Shown piece by piece: positions 41,201 through 55,000 of a stretch of DNA of 64,000 nt. The position numbers and the translations under genes were made by a program. The notes beneath the pieces are model-generated. The model made no database searches. It had not been told where the DNA came from and worked only from the letters and a program-made list of their open reading frames with translations. Source of the stretch: Pocillopora damicornis (lineage: Eukaryota). Position 1 is the first letter of the stretch. Each line of letters starts with the position of its first letter. The stretch spans positions 620,001-684,000 of the forward strand of contig NW_020844672.1 of assembly GCF_003704095.1 (NCBI RefSeq), read 5' to 3'.

Positions 41201-42626
41201 CAAAATGTTGATAAATTATTAACAGCATACAATACCATAATGTATTTATTTTCTTTATCTGCAAACTTTTCAAGTGTTTTAAACACTATTGGATCTCATT
41301 GCTACAAGGATTCTGAATGACAAGAAAATAATTATAATAATAGTAAATAAGATATAATAATAACAAAAACAAAAAAAAACAACAAAAAAAAAAAATAATA
41401 ATAATAATAAAATAGCAGTAATAACATAACACATTTAACCAAGGTAAACCCATCAGCTGAAGCTGATATAAATGGGTGCCCCGGACGACTATAAAATTAA
41501 CAATTGAAGAAAAAAAAACTATTTAAACAGATGAACCATCAGAAAAATGTAAAAACTGTGTACAATGTCAGTGGATAAAAATTAAGAATTATACAACTAA
41601 GTAAATTAATATATATATTTATAAAAGCAAGAATTCTTGATTTACAACAACACCAAAAAGAGTTAATCAGGAAATCTTCTTACAAAGAGGAGGGGCTGTC
41701 TTATTTTACTTTTAACAAAAGCAGTCAGTACTCCCTGCATGAATGGTATATGATTGCCAGCCTCAGAAACCCTAATGGCAGGTTATTTAAATAAAGTTCA
41801 GCTTTTGTTTAACAAAACCATACTCTAAATGATCTTCAATTTAGTCAAACCTTTTTATCTGATCATTTGTATTGTGAAGAGTGTCAAGAGGGCCAAAAGC
41901 TGACAGTGGAAGTAACATATATTTAATTAAATCAATCGTCTTATGGACAATACCTGAGGCCCATCGCTTACAAGAAACTATGCTTTGGGTTAAACTTCTT
42001 GTATTACTAAATAATCAGCCCTTAGAGTTCATCTATCGCAGTTTAAAGCTAATGTGGGGAACAGTCACAGTCTACCAAAACAAGATTAGTGGGGCAACTT
42101 AAATAAATGCTTCTCATTGGATTTGCTGTCTGAGGACTTTCCTTTATAATAAATCTAGTGATACAGACTTACAAATACTTAATAATTACATTAGCTCGCA
42201 TTAGTTTCTATAACTCATATATGTAGATTGTGTGATTTTTTATTACTATAAGTATTTAAGGTTGAATGCGTATGCCTGTTGTTTGGGAATGGGGGCTATC
42301 ATTTTTTAAAGTGTGTTTTTAGAGAAGTCATGTCTCTTTTTCTTATCCTTAGGAGAGTTCATAGATTATGTTTTGTTTTCTGATGGGTCATGATGATGAG
42401 TCAACGCAAAAAGTCCCCTTGTGTGACTTGGAGAATTTTCCTGGATTCAATAAATTTGTTGTATGTATACCTTGCCATTCATGCTTGCCCCAAACATGGC
42501 TTTCGGTCTTTTTACTGCATTGAGAAAGAAATAGGTCATCTCTATCTGAGAGAAAACAGATCATTCCAAATCTTTCCTTCCAGTGAGTGTTCAACCTTAT
42601 GTTAAAAAGCCTTACTGCAAAAGTTT

Positions 42627-44957
42627 TCATTGTTTACAAAGGTCTGGGAAGCCAGCTTTCTCACACATGAGCTTCATCTCTGTTGTAACAGTGCTGAGGA
42701 AGACATGAGGATAGTGTTGATTCAGTTGTAGAACTGTCTTCTCATTGACTTGATCACATCTGACAAGTCCTAAAACAATCATGCAAACACAAAAATCAAC
42801 AATGTAAGTAATGTTGAACTCCCACACTGCCATTTAACAAACTACTCCTCACAACTGCAATGATAATATAAGGTAGCCTTCCTTCTTTACATCCCACATA
42901 CAGAGATCCTTATCGTTGCCTGACAGATATCAGTTTTGAAAATTATCCTATTGAATGACTTTATAAAGAAAAAATTAAAAAAAAAGCCCAAGTAACATAA
43001 TGGACAAGAGTGCATTAACTGTTTCTTGTTCCAACTGCTACATTGTCTCTTACAGACATTTGCAAGGCCATAATATACAAAATGCAGTCAACAAGTTTTC
43101 TCTTATAAAGACGGAACAATTATGCTTCAAAACAGGTTACCCTTTATAGCTTCAGAGTCTGTCAAACCCATGCAAAAAACATTTCTGGAAAATCTTGCCA
43201 AATACTCTTGATGTCCATCAACATGAGTCAAAACTTCAATGGCACTTGCAGACTTCTAGACTAAAGAGGAAACTTTACCAGGCATTGGTAGTGTTACACA
43301 CCTAAATGTTTAAGGTGAGGACATCCTTTTAAGACAGTTTTGACTCCTTCATCTGTAATCTTTTTGCACCAACTTATGTCCAATCTCTCCAGGTTACAAG
43401 TGTGATAAGTGAAGGCCTTCAATCCTAAATGATAGAATTACAAACAAGCTTGGTGAATAATTGATGTGACCAAATAGTTACTATGGCAGGATACATCCTG
43501 GGTCTGAAGGTTTGTCATTCCTGTGTGGTCTTCCCTTTTGAAGTCTCACTGCGAAAAATGTGTTTCTTTGAAACTGTCACATCACGTACAATGTTACAGC
43601 TGTACTTATTTAAAACATGAAACTTAATATGTAATTTCAAACAAGTGTCAGGGATTACATTTTCATCTACAAAATTTGTCAATTATTTGTTACTGCTATT
43701 TCTCCTTACAATATCACCCCTAAATTACGTATTAAGGTTACAAGAATAAATTAAATGATCACCAAGTTAAGATGCTCTTGATTGTTGAACAAATTCTCCT
43801 TTTCAGTGCTAAGGAAATGTATAGTAAATGGTATGGAGAATATGCATACTGATGTTAGGGTGTAAAGGGTTAAACTACTCACCATCATCAGTAATTTCAC
43901 AGTGCACCAGGTACAATCCTCTTAAAGAAGCACAATTTGAAAGAATATACTCTAAAGATGAATCTGTCACATTAGTGCACAGACTTAAGTTTAGGACTTT
44001 AAGATATTTGCAACCAAACACTACTTCCTTCACCACATCATCAGTGAGACTTGAAAAACAACGGAGATCCAAAACAGACATATTCCTACAGTATTGTGAA
44101 ATGTGGAGTGCTGTCTTCGAAGTAATTGTACAGGAGTTAAGATGAAGTCTTTCAAGCAGTGGACATCTTTGCACAAGTTCACAGACCCCAGCATCTTCAC
44201 ATTTACTGTTGTACTCTACAGAAATGCTTTTAATTTTTGGACAATTTTGTGCAACTGCAAAAAGGCTTTCACAAGTAAGGGAGCGGCACTGGTCCATAGT
44301 GAGTTTCTCTAATTTGACACAACCTTGACAAAGCTGAAAAAATAAAAACAGTAATAACCGGAATGTAATAAAACTTTGAACTCCTAAAATTGCATTTAAC
44401 TGGGGTCAATGAACAAAGAGAAATAATTTGTGCGCAAAATGTGAAATTAAACTCACCTCTTTGACTCCACAGTCTGTCACACGACACAAGCTTATGTCCA
44501 AAAACTTAATGTTCTGACAACTCTGTCCAATTTCAGTGAGGCATTTATCAGTCACGGCCGAGCACCTTACAACAGATAGTTCGACTAAATACCGACACTG
44601 TTGCAGAGCCTTGATCAAACCCTCTTCAGAGATGTTAGCACATTCTGAAACATCTAAAACAGTAGCAGTCGATCCATAGTTTGTTAATCGAACAAGAACT
44701 TCATCGTCCACCTTTTGCCTTTTCGGGAGCTTCAGTATTCTCCAAAGGCTTGGATCAAGAGTTGAATTATACCAACGCTTACAAACACAAGAAGCTCGGC
44801 CCAAATCTTTCACATCTAAATAAGACATGATACTCAAGAGCACAACTTGAGGCAGGCTGTTCATATCCATTGGCGAGGCGTTCAGTCCTTGTCTCGTCTC
44901 CTTCTGACCACAGTTTGAAGAATTTAAGTTCAAGCCATTTTCCATATTTTTATGCAT
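42627..44957 (-). CDS. FBXL17: F-box/leucine-rich repeat protein, FBXL17-like
   Basis: Exons 44957-44457 (F-box LPQVVLLSIMSYL..VCKRW), 44333-43883, 43424-43302, 42769-42627. C-term LGLVRCDQVNEKTVLQLNQHYPHVFLSTV resembles vertebrate FBXL17. Confidence 0.7.
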
Positions 44958-45363
44958 TTAGTACAATATTAACAAACGAAAGGCTTGAAATCCAGCGACG
45001 AAGTCCATAAATTACTTTGGAATATGCACGGATTTCCTTGGAAGGTCGTAAAGGACTAGGTTCCATTAACTTATCATGTATCCTACATGTAAATTCCACG
45101 GTGCGGAAACTCATTTTAGTCTGGATAACTACGAAAGGCATAGTCCTCTTTCCAAGTGAATAAAAACTGACTTGAATATAACTTATTGTGCGTGAGCATT
45201 TCTTCACATTTTTCAGAATCTTTCATAAGCTGTGAGAAGAATTGATTTTAAAACATTTCAAGTTAGGACGCAAAATGTAGCATACATAACAATTTACTCC
45301 AAACTCGAAAACTCGAGAGCAAGTCCCAGTTTCCTGTAACCCACGCCAACGCCAACAGGCAAC

Positions 45364-47085
45364 ATGGCAGCGTTCTTTAAATTTACCTCCAAAACCATTT
45401 CCTCAAACGGGCAGCTGAAGTCTCTGGTGAGAACATTTGTTATTCTAAACGTCGGAACGATCGATAGAGAAATTTTTCATTGCTATGATCATGAATGGCC
45501 ATTGTTCTTTCTCTCTCTCTTTTCTTAACATGTGAAATCGTAATCTGGATAAAATTTCCGCACAGCCCCATACTATTGTAAAACAAATCTGTTTCCCAGT
45601 GGTGATGTATTGTTTTTGTCATTGTTTTCTCTATCCAAGAACTGAATGCATAATGTAGTATGGGGCTGTGAGGAAATTTTTACCAAGTTAGCCATTGGAA
45701 AAATGTTTTAAGGTGGGCAATATTGCATTGCATCTTTCCATATTAGATGAAACTTTCAAATGTTTTTCTGCTTGTATCTGTTAGTCTACAAAACTTAAGG
45801 AGCACATTGTTCCTTAGACATAATTATATATTGAAATGTGGCCTGACCTTTTCTACTCCACAATTTAACAGTTTTTCCAAGGCTCATCTCCACTGTTTGC
45901 TCAAACAAAACAAATTTGGAATACACACTTGCTTGGTAGGTACAGATTTTTTTACTAGAGTAGAGAAACCTCAACTCAATTTTCCTGCTATAATTAAACT
46001 GTAACCATGAAATTCATAATATCAAGCTGTGGGTATTTTGTTACAAATTGATGTTACTGGTGCTCGGGGGGAAAAAAGAGCCCACAAAGACAAAGATTAA
46101 TGAGACTGCTAGCATTAGGGACATATGGTTTGTGGTTTTCTGGTGTTCTCTCATATCTTGACCTTTAGTACAGTATTTTGTACCACTCCAGCAACACTCC
46201 CCAGATAAACAAACAAATAAACAAATACTTTATTTATTGAGGGTGAAATACATTATTACCAGTAGCCTGGTAATTTTCATAATGGCCCCCAGCAAAAACA
46301 GAACACAAAAACAAAAACATATCACATACAAGAATCATACTAATCCTACCAATTATTACACTTCTAACTAAATTATTAAAATTTATTATAAAAATCAAAA
46401 ACTCTTACTAATCTTAAAATGTTCCAGTGAAGAGTTTTCTTTGATAAAATCATTCTGTAGCATTTTTCTGAAATTTGAGTGGGAAATTATGTTTCTGTAT
46501 GAGTTACCTAGATTATTCCATAGACAACATGCACTTGAGAGGGAAGACCTGAGCCCTGAGTTTCTAAGATAACCATATGTAGACCTAACAAGAGTAGAAA
46601 AGTCATGTTGTGATTTTTTAACTTTCATTGACAGTTATGTATTGTTTATATGTCAACTTTCAGGAACAAATCTGTTGTCAGGATGCAACTCAGTTACTCC
46701 CTCACCATTCCTTCTTGGCTCAATTCAGAAAAGAAATATTACCTTACTTACCACATTCAAAGTTGTTGATAACAGTACTCTTGGGAAAAGTGTGAAGAAG
46801 AATCGCAAACCTTACTTAATAGGATTTTATAGAAAAAGGAAGACTGCTGACCCTGGGGATGTGATAAGAGTTGCTGTGGCTGGAAAGACCAATAAAGCAG
46901 TTGTCATTGGCACAAGGAAAACAAAGCATCACACAATTCCAAGATATGACAACAACTGTATTGTACTTGTGGATGACAACCTTGCCCCCCTTGGAACACG
47001 AGTAAAAGCACCAATTCCAACAATTTTAAGAAAGAGACAAGAAAAATTGTCAAAAGTGCTGGCTCTTGCCACAAGATTTATTTGA
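45364..47085 (+). CDS. MRPL14: Mitochondrial ribosomal protein uL14m
   Basis: Main exon ~46664-47085 (FKVVDNS..GDVIRVAV..YDNNCIVLVDDNLAPLGTRVKAPIP). Candidate first exon 45364-45426 (MAAFFKF..) does not join in phase, so the 5' structure is unresolved. Confidence 0.85.
46205..46630 (-). mobile_element. 3' fragment of an L2/CR1-like LINE in the MRPL14 intron
   Basis: ORF remnant ..GLRSSLSSACCLWNNL.. like a LINE ORF2 end, then AATAAA and a (TTTG/TTTA)n tail on the minus strand. Confidence 0.5.
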
Positions 47086-47685
47086 TGCTGTAAACATGAG
47101 TGTGTTAATATTAAAAGTTTGTTCTTGGTAAAGGAAGCTGGTACAAGTATTAGTTCTTTGTAAAACATGCCAAAAAACATGGCTATGGCCTTTTTTTAAA
47201 AGAGATGATAATCTTGGCACCCACTAGGGAATACTCAATGCTCAACATAAGGGTGTAATTCACTGATTTCTTCAAGGTGAATAAGTCACATTTTATGGCT
47301 ATAAATGTATTTTTTTAATTTTGCATAGAGGGAGAAAATAAACCCCCATTTTATGTAAGAAAAAGATGGAACAGCCTGTTTTCGAACTTGTGTCTAAATG
47401 TTCCCACTGCACAGTATTACTTTCAAAGGCTAGAAAATATTGTTCACAAACATATAAACTCCAAAGTAGCCTGTTTATTCAATTCAAGTTACATCTTTTA
47501 AATGATACTTAATGAAGCATAAAACCAGTATAAACCACTAATCAGCGAACAATTATGAGTTTAGACATTACTAGGTTACAATATTACAACATTGAAAAAA
47601 AACCATATATCAAGAGGAAAGGTTCACATTTAATAATGCCAACAGATGTTCACTCCATTCCAGGTCTTTGCCTTGTTCTTGAACA

Positions 47686-48940
47686 TCAATCACCTTTCTG
47701 CTTCGCCATTTGGAATCTCACACAGATGAAAGGAAGAGTAAAGCATGTTCCTAGATAGAGGATCATGGTTGCCAGAAGCCTAGGCTTGTTCTTTACTTGG
47801 AAAGGCATATTCTAGAAACATGAATAATGACAAACTGCATATCACAATACAAGTACTCAGTCATTAGTATGGGTTATAGTTTGGTGGTGCTATCCTACAC
47901 CACTATTTACTTTGAGCGATGGACTCTTGAAAACTGGTTTACTAACTTACAACAGACTCCCTTCAACAGGTGTCAACTATTAATGACACTACACAAACAA
48001 CTTATTCGCAACACTGACATCACAAACAAGTTGAACAGAATAACCTAACTTTACCAAATGATCATATCTACTACCAACAACATAACAACTAAACTACACT
48101 CACCTAGATGATCTGACTCCACTATCATATTCTTACAAGTGAAAACCCTAGAGTAGTTAACCCTTTAACTCCCATGAGTGACCAAGACAAAATTTCTCCT
48201 GACAATATCAATACAATATCAACCAGATAAGGGATGAGAATAAAGAAAAATATCAATTTGGGAATAAGTTGATCCAATACTAAATTCTCTGAACTAACAT
48301 TACAAGAATTGTATGGTTGAGGGTAAGGAGATTACAAATTTAATCTGAGAGTTAAAGGGTTAATTAACTGTGTAGGTGAATATATCAGTGCGTCTCTCAT
48401 TTATTTCATTCCTTTGGGAACACAATTGAGTCAATCACTCCGATATGATATGACTTAAATCGGTTCAAAGTCATTACGAAGAAAACCTCCGTAGCGCTTG
48501 GTTAATCGTCGGTAACATCGACTGATCTTCAACCCAGATCAGCTTCAGTAAATATCAATTGAAAAGCTAAAATATCAGGATTTCACGCAAGAATCCGGCG
48601 TTAAGAAGAAGTGGCGTCTGGGTGTAAAACAACTTAAAAAACATATGAACCACAAAAACTAAAATTTGGAAGAAGACTGTTATGAATAGCACCACTGTTA
48701 CAACTATATCAACGTTGATCACAATATAAGCTCGAGTTACACATCCGTCGAAATTTTGTAGTTCAATGATAGGAAAACGAATTAAATTACTCACAAGAGG
48801 CTACATTATAATTACAATTATGGCATACTCACATCTCCTGGTGCATTCGAAAAGTCTCCACGGTAACGCTGTAAAGCCGTACAGCGCGTACGGATGGCAG
48901 ATCGGCCAAGCACAGTCAAAGTTCTCCCGGCAAACGACAT
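47686..48940 (-). CDS. COX7C: Cytochrome c oxidase subunit 7C (77 aa)
   Basis: Exon 48940-48833 (Arg-rich presequence ..NAPGD) + exon 47811-47686 (NMPFQVKNKPRLLATMILYLGTCFTLPFICVRFQMAK..*); matches the COX7C pattern PGxNLPFxVxNK..PF..VR.Q. Confidence 0.9.
48157..48363. mobile_element. piggyBac-type MITE in the COX7C intron
   Basis: TTAA-CCCTTTAACTC...GAGTTAAAGGG-TTAA. Confidence 0.8.
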
Positions 48941-49086
48941 CTTTGTAGATTGTGAGACAGCGCTACAATGCGCATGTATTCACAGAGCGTGCCTAGCAGC
49001 AGTAAACGCTGGCCTGAGCCGATTCAAGATGGCTGCCTGATAGACGGACGCGATTTCCTCTTGAAATTTCCCGTCTTCTTTAAACC
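48941..49086. promoter_or_regulatory. Compact bidirectional promoter COX7C/WDR61
   Basis: 146 bp between divergent ATGs; NRF1-like TGCGCATG near 48969 and YY1-like CAAGATGGCTGCC near 49025. Confidence 0.65.
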
Positions 49087-52000
49087 ATGGTAGGTAAAAT
49101 ACTCCTAGATTTGTTTGACGTTCAATTTTGCATGTATCTGTTGCATTTATGAAGTTTTTCCTGAAATACATGTAAATTTGATGCTTATATTCTAGATGTA
49201 CAATCAATTTGATTTCGATTTTAATGAGCGTAAAAACTTTGTTGACTTATAATTACATATATATATATATAACTTTTATCATGTTCATGAATTAAAGAGG
49301 TGAGGTGCTGATGCAAATTTTGAAAGGTAATATAATTATGACAGAGCCAAAGTTTTTGCATGTTTCGGAGTACTGTTTAACCTGCATTGTTAACTTGGAA
49401 CGTTTCATGTACGTTGATTTGAGAGACTTCCTCATCCATGACACCGTTCTTTTCTTTGTCTAGTCTCAATACAGTGTCTGCTACAAGCAAGAGCAAGGTA
49501 TTCATTCCTGAGTAGTAGTATGTCATAGTATGTTAAAATTTCTTTAAAATAAAGAGAGAATTGGTAAAGTAAGAGTTATTTAAGTAATATTTTGACTATA
49601 ATTCTACTCCAATACCCTTAATATTTACAGAATTATGCCTTTTTCTTAAATTGAAATAAAAATGTTTAAAGGTGTATGTGCCTGGGGTTTCCTGTTGCAT
49701 CAGTTATATACTTATAACTCCTGCTTTGGACCTTTTTGTGATCTTATCAAATTTTATCAGCAATCTTAAATAGACATGAAAGGAAACATATTTTAGTGTT
49801 ATCTGTCTGTGGCTGCCTCCTGTACTTTTCATATTAATCATGAACCTATTTTTTACTTTAGCTGGTAAACACATCCTTTGTTGCACTTGTCATAGTCAAT
49901 TTTACAATGAATAGGTGTTTTCAAAGAGTTTCCATAATCTTTTAAACAATTCCTTATGATTTAATGGGTAAAATTTTATTAGGTATTTTTTTGGTGAAAA
50001 CATCTTTTGTTACATTTATCTTGGTCAATTTTACCATGATGGGGTGTTGTTCATGAGTTTTTTATAATCGTTTTTAAAAATTTCTAAGGATTTAATGGAT
50101 AAGATTTTAGTAGAAAATATTTGTCTGATGTGACTTGACAGTTCTGGTTAATAACAGAATCCAGTTTTTGTTTAGCACCCTCAGAGTAGACTCATGTAAT
50201 GTGTAACATGGAATTTATTTTTCTCTAGCTCATGAGGACAGTATCTGGACAGTTGCATGGGGAACTAGTGATAAAGATGGAATAGAGAATATTATAAGTG
50301 GTGCTGTTGATGATATGGTAAAATGCTGGAGATGGTAAGGAAATGTTCATTGAATGTGTCTTCATTTAACCTGTTCAGAGCTAAATTTTTTTTTTCTAAT
50401 TTAGGTCTTTGGTCAACAATAATGATTGTTTAATTTTTTTGGTCCATTTTACCCTCCAGAATTGTAAGATTTTTTATCAGAATTAATGTAATTACATGAC
50501 TGTAACATTTTTCTCATGGGTAAAATTGCTTTAGTTTAATTTAAGAAAATTACCTTGGTTAGCAGAAGACAAAAATGATACTGTTGACATCTCTGATCTC
50601 ATCAAAAACATTCAAGCAGTTGATAAATTAATCGGATTGCATTGCTTGTGATATTTTTCAAAGGTCTAAAACTGACCTTGATATGAAATGAATTTGTTTT
50701 GTTTACCAAGTAAATAAACTCCGCATCTGTAAAATTATCATGCAGCAGTAAAGGTACCAATTGTTTGACACTGATAATACTGATGTTAAATTGTGTTTTT
50801 AGGAATGAAGAAAAGCTGGAACCTAGATTTAATTTTGAAGGTCATCAACTTGGTGTGGTGTCAGTGGATATTAATTTAACTGGGACAAGTATCCTAAATC
50901 AATACTACAGTAGCTTCAACTTATGTAAATAACAACCTTGTGTCTTGATATTCTAAGGAAGGTTTTAGGATTTTTCATCTCAATAGAAAATAGTTGCAAT
51001 TATTATTATTATTTATTATAATATTTATTATTAGCCATTTATTGAGTCAAATCAACTCATCAGTGAACTGAGGTTTAAAACTTGGAACATGTATTAGTAT
51101 TCTCACAAGTTTTTGTTTCTTATCATGTGATCTGTAAGCTCTTTTTCTACTTGGAAGGTAGAATCTGATATCAATTACTGGTTACATAATAGGTGGGGCC
51201 TGCAATCTTAAGAAGTGGAAATCAAGCAATATTTTTGCTTACCACTTGTCTGTCATTCAATGCACTTCTTAGTGCACTCTTACTCCAAAGGGTAAAAAAT
51301 CCCCAGCTTGGATACCTTAACCCTTTATACCATGACATCTTAACCCTTTCACTCCCACAAGTGACCAAGACAGAATTTCTCCTTACAATATCAATACAAT
51401 ATCAAGCAGGCAGGTGATGAGAATAGAGAAGGATATCAATTATGGGATTATTAGTTGATCCAATACCAAATTCTCTGAACTAACATCATAAGAATTGTAT
51501 GGCAGATAGTAAGGAGAATTACTAATTAGATCTTGGGAGTGAAAGGGTTAATATATATTCTCCATACTGTTTTCTATACATTTCCAAAGGTGCTGATAAG
51601 AAGAATTTGTTTAACAATCAAGAGCCTCTTGAGTTGGTGATCATTACCTTTATTCTCGTGACCTTCAAGTTTGATTGAGGGGTGATTTTGTAAGGAGGCA
51701 TTAGATGCTAGTCATTTTTAGAGGTCAATACCCTGAAAGGCCTCTTTCTGTAGTACTGTAGAGTTTTTTGCATGTATGTTATTCTCTAAATGACTGAGGA
51801 TTTTGCCATGCTAAAATGTCTAAGAGCATGTCTAAGAGCTGATTGATAGACTGCTGAAATTGACAAATCCTTGACGAGAGTACCAACTGATAGTTGCTGC
51901 ATCAAGTTCATTAGACAGTCATATCAGAATATGGGATTTAGAATCTGGGAAACAACTGAAAGCCATTGATTGTGGTCCAGGTACAATGCTGCAACCTTCT

Positions 52001-55000
52001 TTGTGTTAACTTTAAGTTCTGTACATGATGGTCATATCTTCAAATCACACACTTAGTCCGACTTTATGTAATAGAGAGAATGACTGATGATCCCTCCTAC
52101 TTTGCTGCCACATTAGTTAAGTAAGATAAGGCTTGCCATATAATTGGTGGATGTATAAGGGGTAATAGGTAAAAGAGCTTGGCTATCAGTTTAAGCTTAA
52201 GCCAATTGCACTTGATAAATTTTCTGTTACTGATTTAGGAAGTATTTAAAATATTTTGAAGTGAGAAGGTTGGAACCCAAGGTCTAATAACTTGTGTTTT
52301 TGGTCAAAAAACAGTATTTTGTGAGTAAATCATTGTTTATTTCATCACAGTGAAAATTATATTTTATGAGCTATCAGTCTTTCATATGGAGGTTTAGTTT
52401 GAGTGTTTTAATTTAACCAAAACCACAACACAAGTGATCATAAACTAGTAATGGCCCATGGCAATGAAAAAGGACAATGCAAGGCACCTTGGAGAGGTTG
52501 AAAAGAAAACAAGCATATTGCACAAAGGCACAATTGGTTGATAGTTTACATTTGATTGGTCATGAGGGCAGCACAAATTTTTGATAAAAAACCATTTCCA
52601 AAGAGAAGTTGATGAAATTAATTTCAATCAATCACAACTCAATAGGGAATTTTTCCTTTCTGCAATCAATAGCAAATTAAAGGATAAGATTTAATGTTAT
52701 TTTTTCCTTCACAGTGGACACATGGACAGTGGCATTTTCTCCAGACTCTAAACTTATAGCAACTGGCAGCCATGCTGGAAAAATAAACTTGATAGGTGTG
52801 GAAAGTGGTAAAAAAGAAAGTGCCCTGGATACAAGAGGAAAATTCACCATGAGCATAGCTTATGTATGTTAGTCATACAGATCCTATTAAAATTGTGCTT
52901 TTTGTGCTCAAATCTATATCTAGTCTATTCCAAAACTTTGCCTATTAAGTTTTCTGTCTAATTAGTTATTCCAATACATTATTTCCGAGTCTGCCTGTAA
53001 GCAAGAAGTGTTCTTTAAAACTGTAGTTCCTGGAATGCCAGTGGACATTCCAATGGATATATTATCCTACTATAACATAGTAACGATTTTGCAAACTAGT
53101 ATAGTAAATAATGATACTACTATGAACAAATAGTAGAGATAAATAAATGATGATGATGATAATAATAATTGTAATAATAATTACCATCATTTTATTATCA
53201 CTGTTACTTATATTGAAATTGTTATTACAGACATATTTTGATTATTTGTTTTCCTATATTTAATTTCAGAGTCCTGATGGTCACTACATAGCTTGTGGAG
53301 CCATCGATGGAATAATCAATATTTTCGACCTTACAACTGGAAAATTACTTCACACTCTAGAAGGTTAGAAATTGAAATGAATTCTTCTTAATAGTCCTCC
53401 AACCACTTCAGCAGCGATTTCACATTTTTTCATCAATCTTTCAGGTCATGCCATGCCCATCAGATCTTTGACATTTTCACCTGACTCCCAGCTGTTGATC
53501 ACAGCTTCAGATGACAATCATATCAAGATGTATGATGTGTACCATTCAAGACTCCTTCTTCCTTGTCATTTATTACTGATTCACATACTAGGCTCTGCTT
53601 TTTGAGCAAGATTTTGCAGATTTATTTCAGCTGCGGGATGAAGATATACATGCATGTACATGTACTTGTACATCTACATGTACATGTACATGTACATATA
53701 CCTGTACATATACATGCATGTGCATGTACTTGTTGCACCCTTAAAATATTATGCTTTAGCTACTCATTGCAGGATTGGTTGGTGGTTGTAAAAGATATTG
53801 TCATTTTGTTTATATCGTTTCCATGTCAATGCTTAGATCTGGATGACTCTTTGTGTCCTCTTTTCTTTGTTTTTTGTCTGTTTGTATGTTTTGGTAATTT
53901 CACGTTCTACAGACAACATGCTAATTTAGCCGGGACTCTGTCAGGACATGGCTCATGGGTTCTTGGCGTTTCATTTTGTCCAGACAACACACACTTTGTC
54001 TCGAGGTATTCACCATTTTGTATTGTAATTAAAATAATCCACAAATCGAGTCTATTTAAGAGAAAGAGATTGTCTGGCAATTGTGTTAAACTAAATAAGA
54101 TTTATTATAAAATTTGCAAAGATTTGTGTGTTTTTAACTGGGTTAAGGAACAACTATTTTCTTCTGCTGCATTTCAGTTCCAGTGACAAGACAGTAAAAG
54201 TTTGGGATGCAGGCTCAAGGCAGTGTATTCAGACATTTTATGAACACAATGACCAGGTAATCGATTATTAATTAAGCTCTATTTGTTAAGAGTTCCAAGG
54301 CATGTCTGAAATACTGGGGTATTGTCCAGGATTGAATGTTTATGGGACTCAGATACCACGTGATAAGCAACAAGAAGTGTCCTTATTGATGAAAATCCCA
54401 CAAAACACCACATCCATTTGTCATCCATTTCATTATTTTTGTTCAGGTGGTATTGGGTCTAAAGCAAGAGAATATAAATCTCTTGATCTAAAAGCATCAC
54501 CAGACCAAATTTCGGGTGATTTAATTTTTTTAGTGATTTTTACCAATTTTCAATCCTTATGTAAAACAGGGCAAGGGTCTTCATTGTTCAGTTCAAGATG
54601 ATAAACGTTTGTCTACTGTTTCGTTAAGAATCCCAATCAGTCTTCCTTTGGCATTATCTGGTAGATGATGTCCACAGACAAGTGTATTTAGCATATTTTT
54701 GCGCCAGGTAGCTATTATTTTTATATCACGAACTTGCTCGGGAAGTATAGTGCTCTGGTGAATCCATTTTACTTATATGACTGTTTTATACCCTTCCTCT
54801 CTCACTCTGCTGGAGTTTCAAGATTGTGCTAAAATTATCTTTTGATAAGATATTTCAGTTGATAACTTTTAATATATGAAAATAATACATGTGAACTGCA
54901 GATGAAGACGTGAATATGAAAGTGATCTTTGCAGTAATGAACAGTACTTGAGCAGTAGTGATAATAAGGCCTGAAAAAGAGATTCTGGCCAGAACAGTAT

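Noticed and set aside
48385-48480. C/D snoRNA candidate in the COX7C intron (GTAATGA..CTGA on minus strand)
   Set aside because: Imperfect C box, no terminal stem, no convincing rRNA complement by eye; snoscan would be needed.
53563-53912. His/Val-rich N-terminal part of the 207-aa ORF
   Set aside because: Translation of an intronic TACATG microsatellite read into a WDR61 exon.
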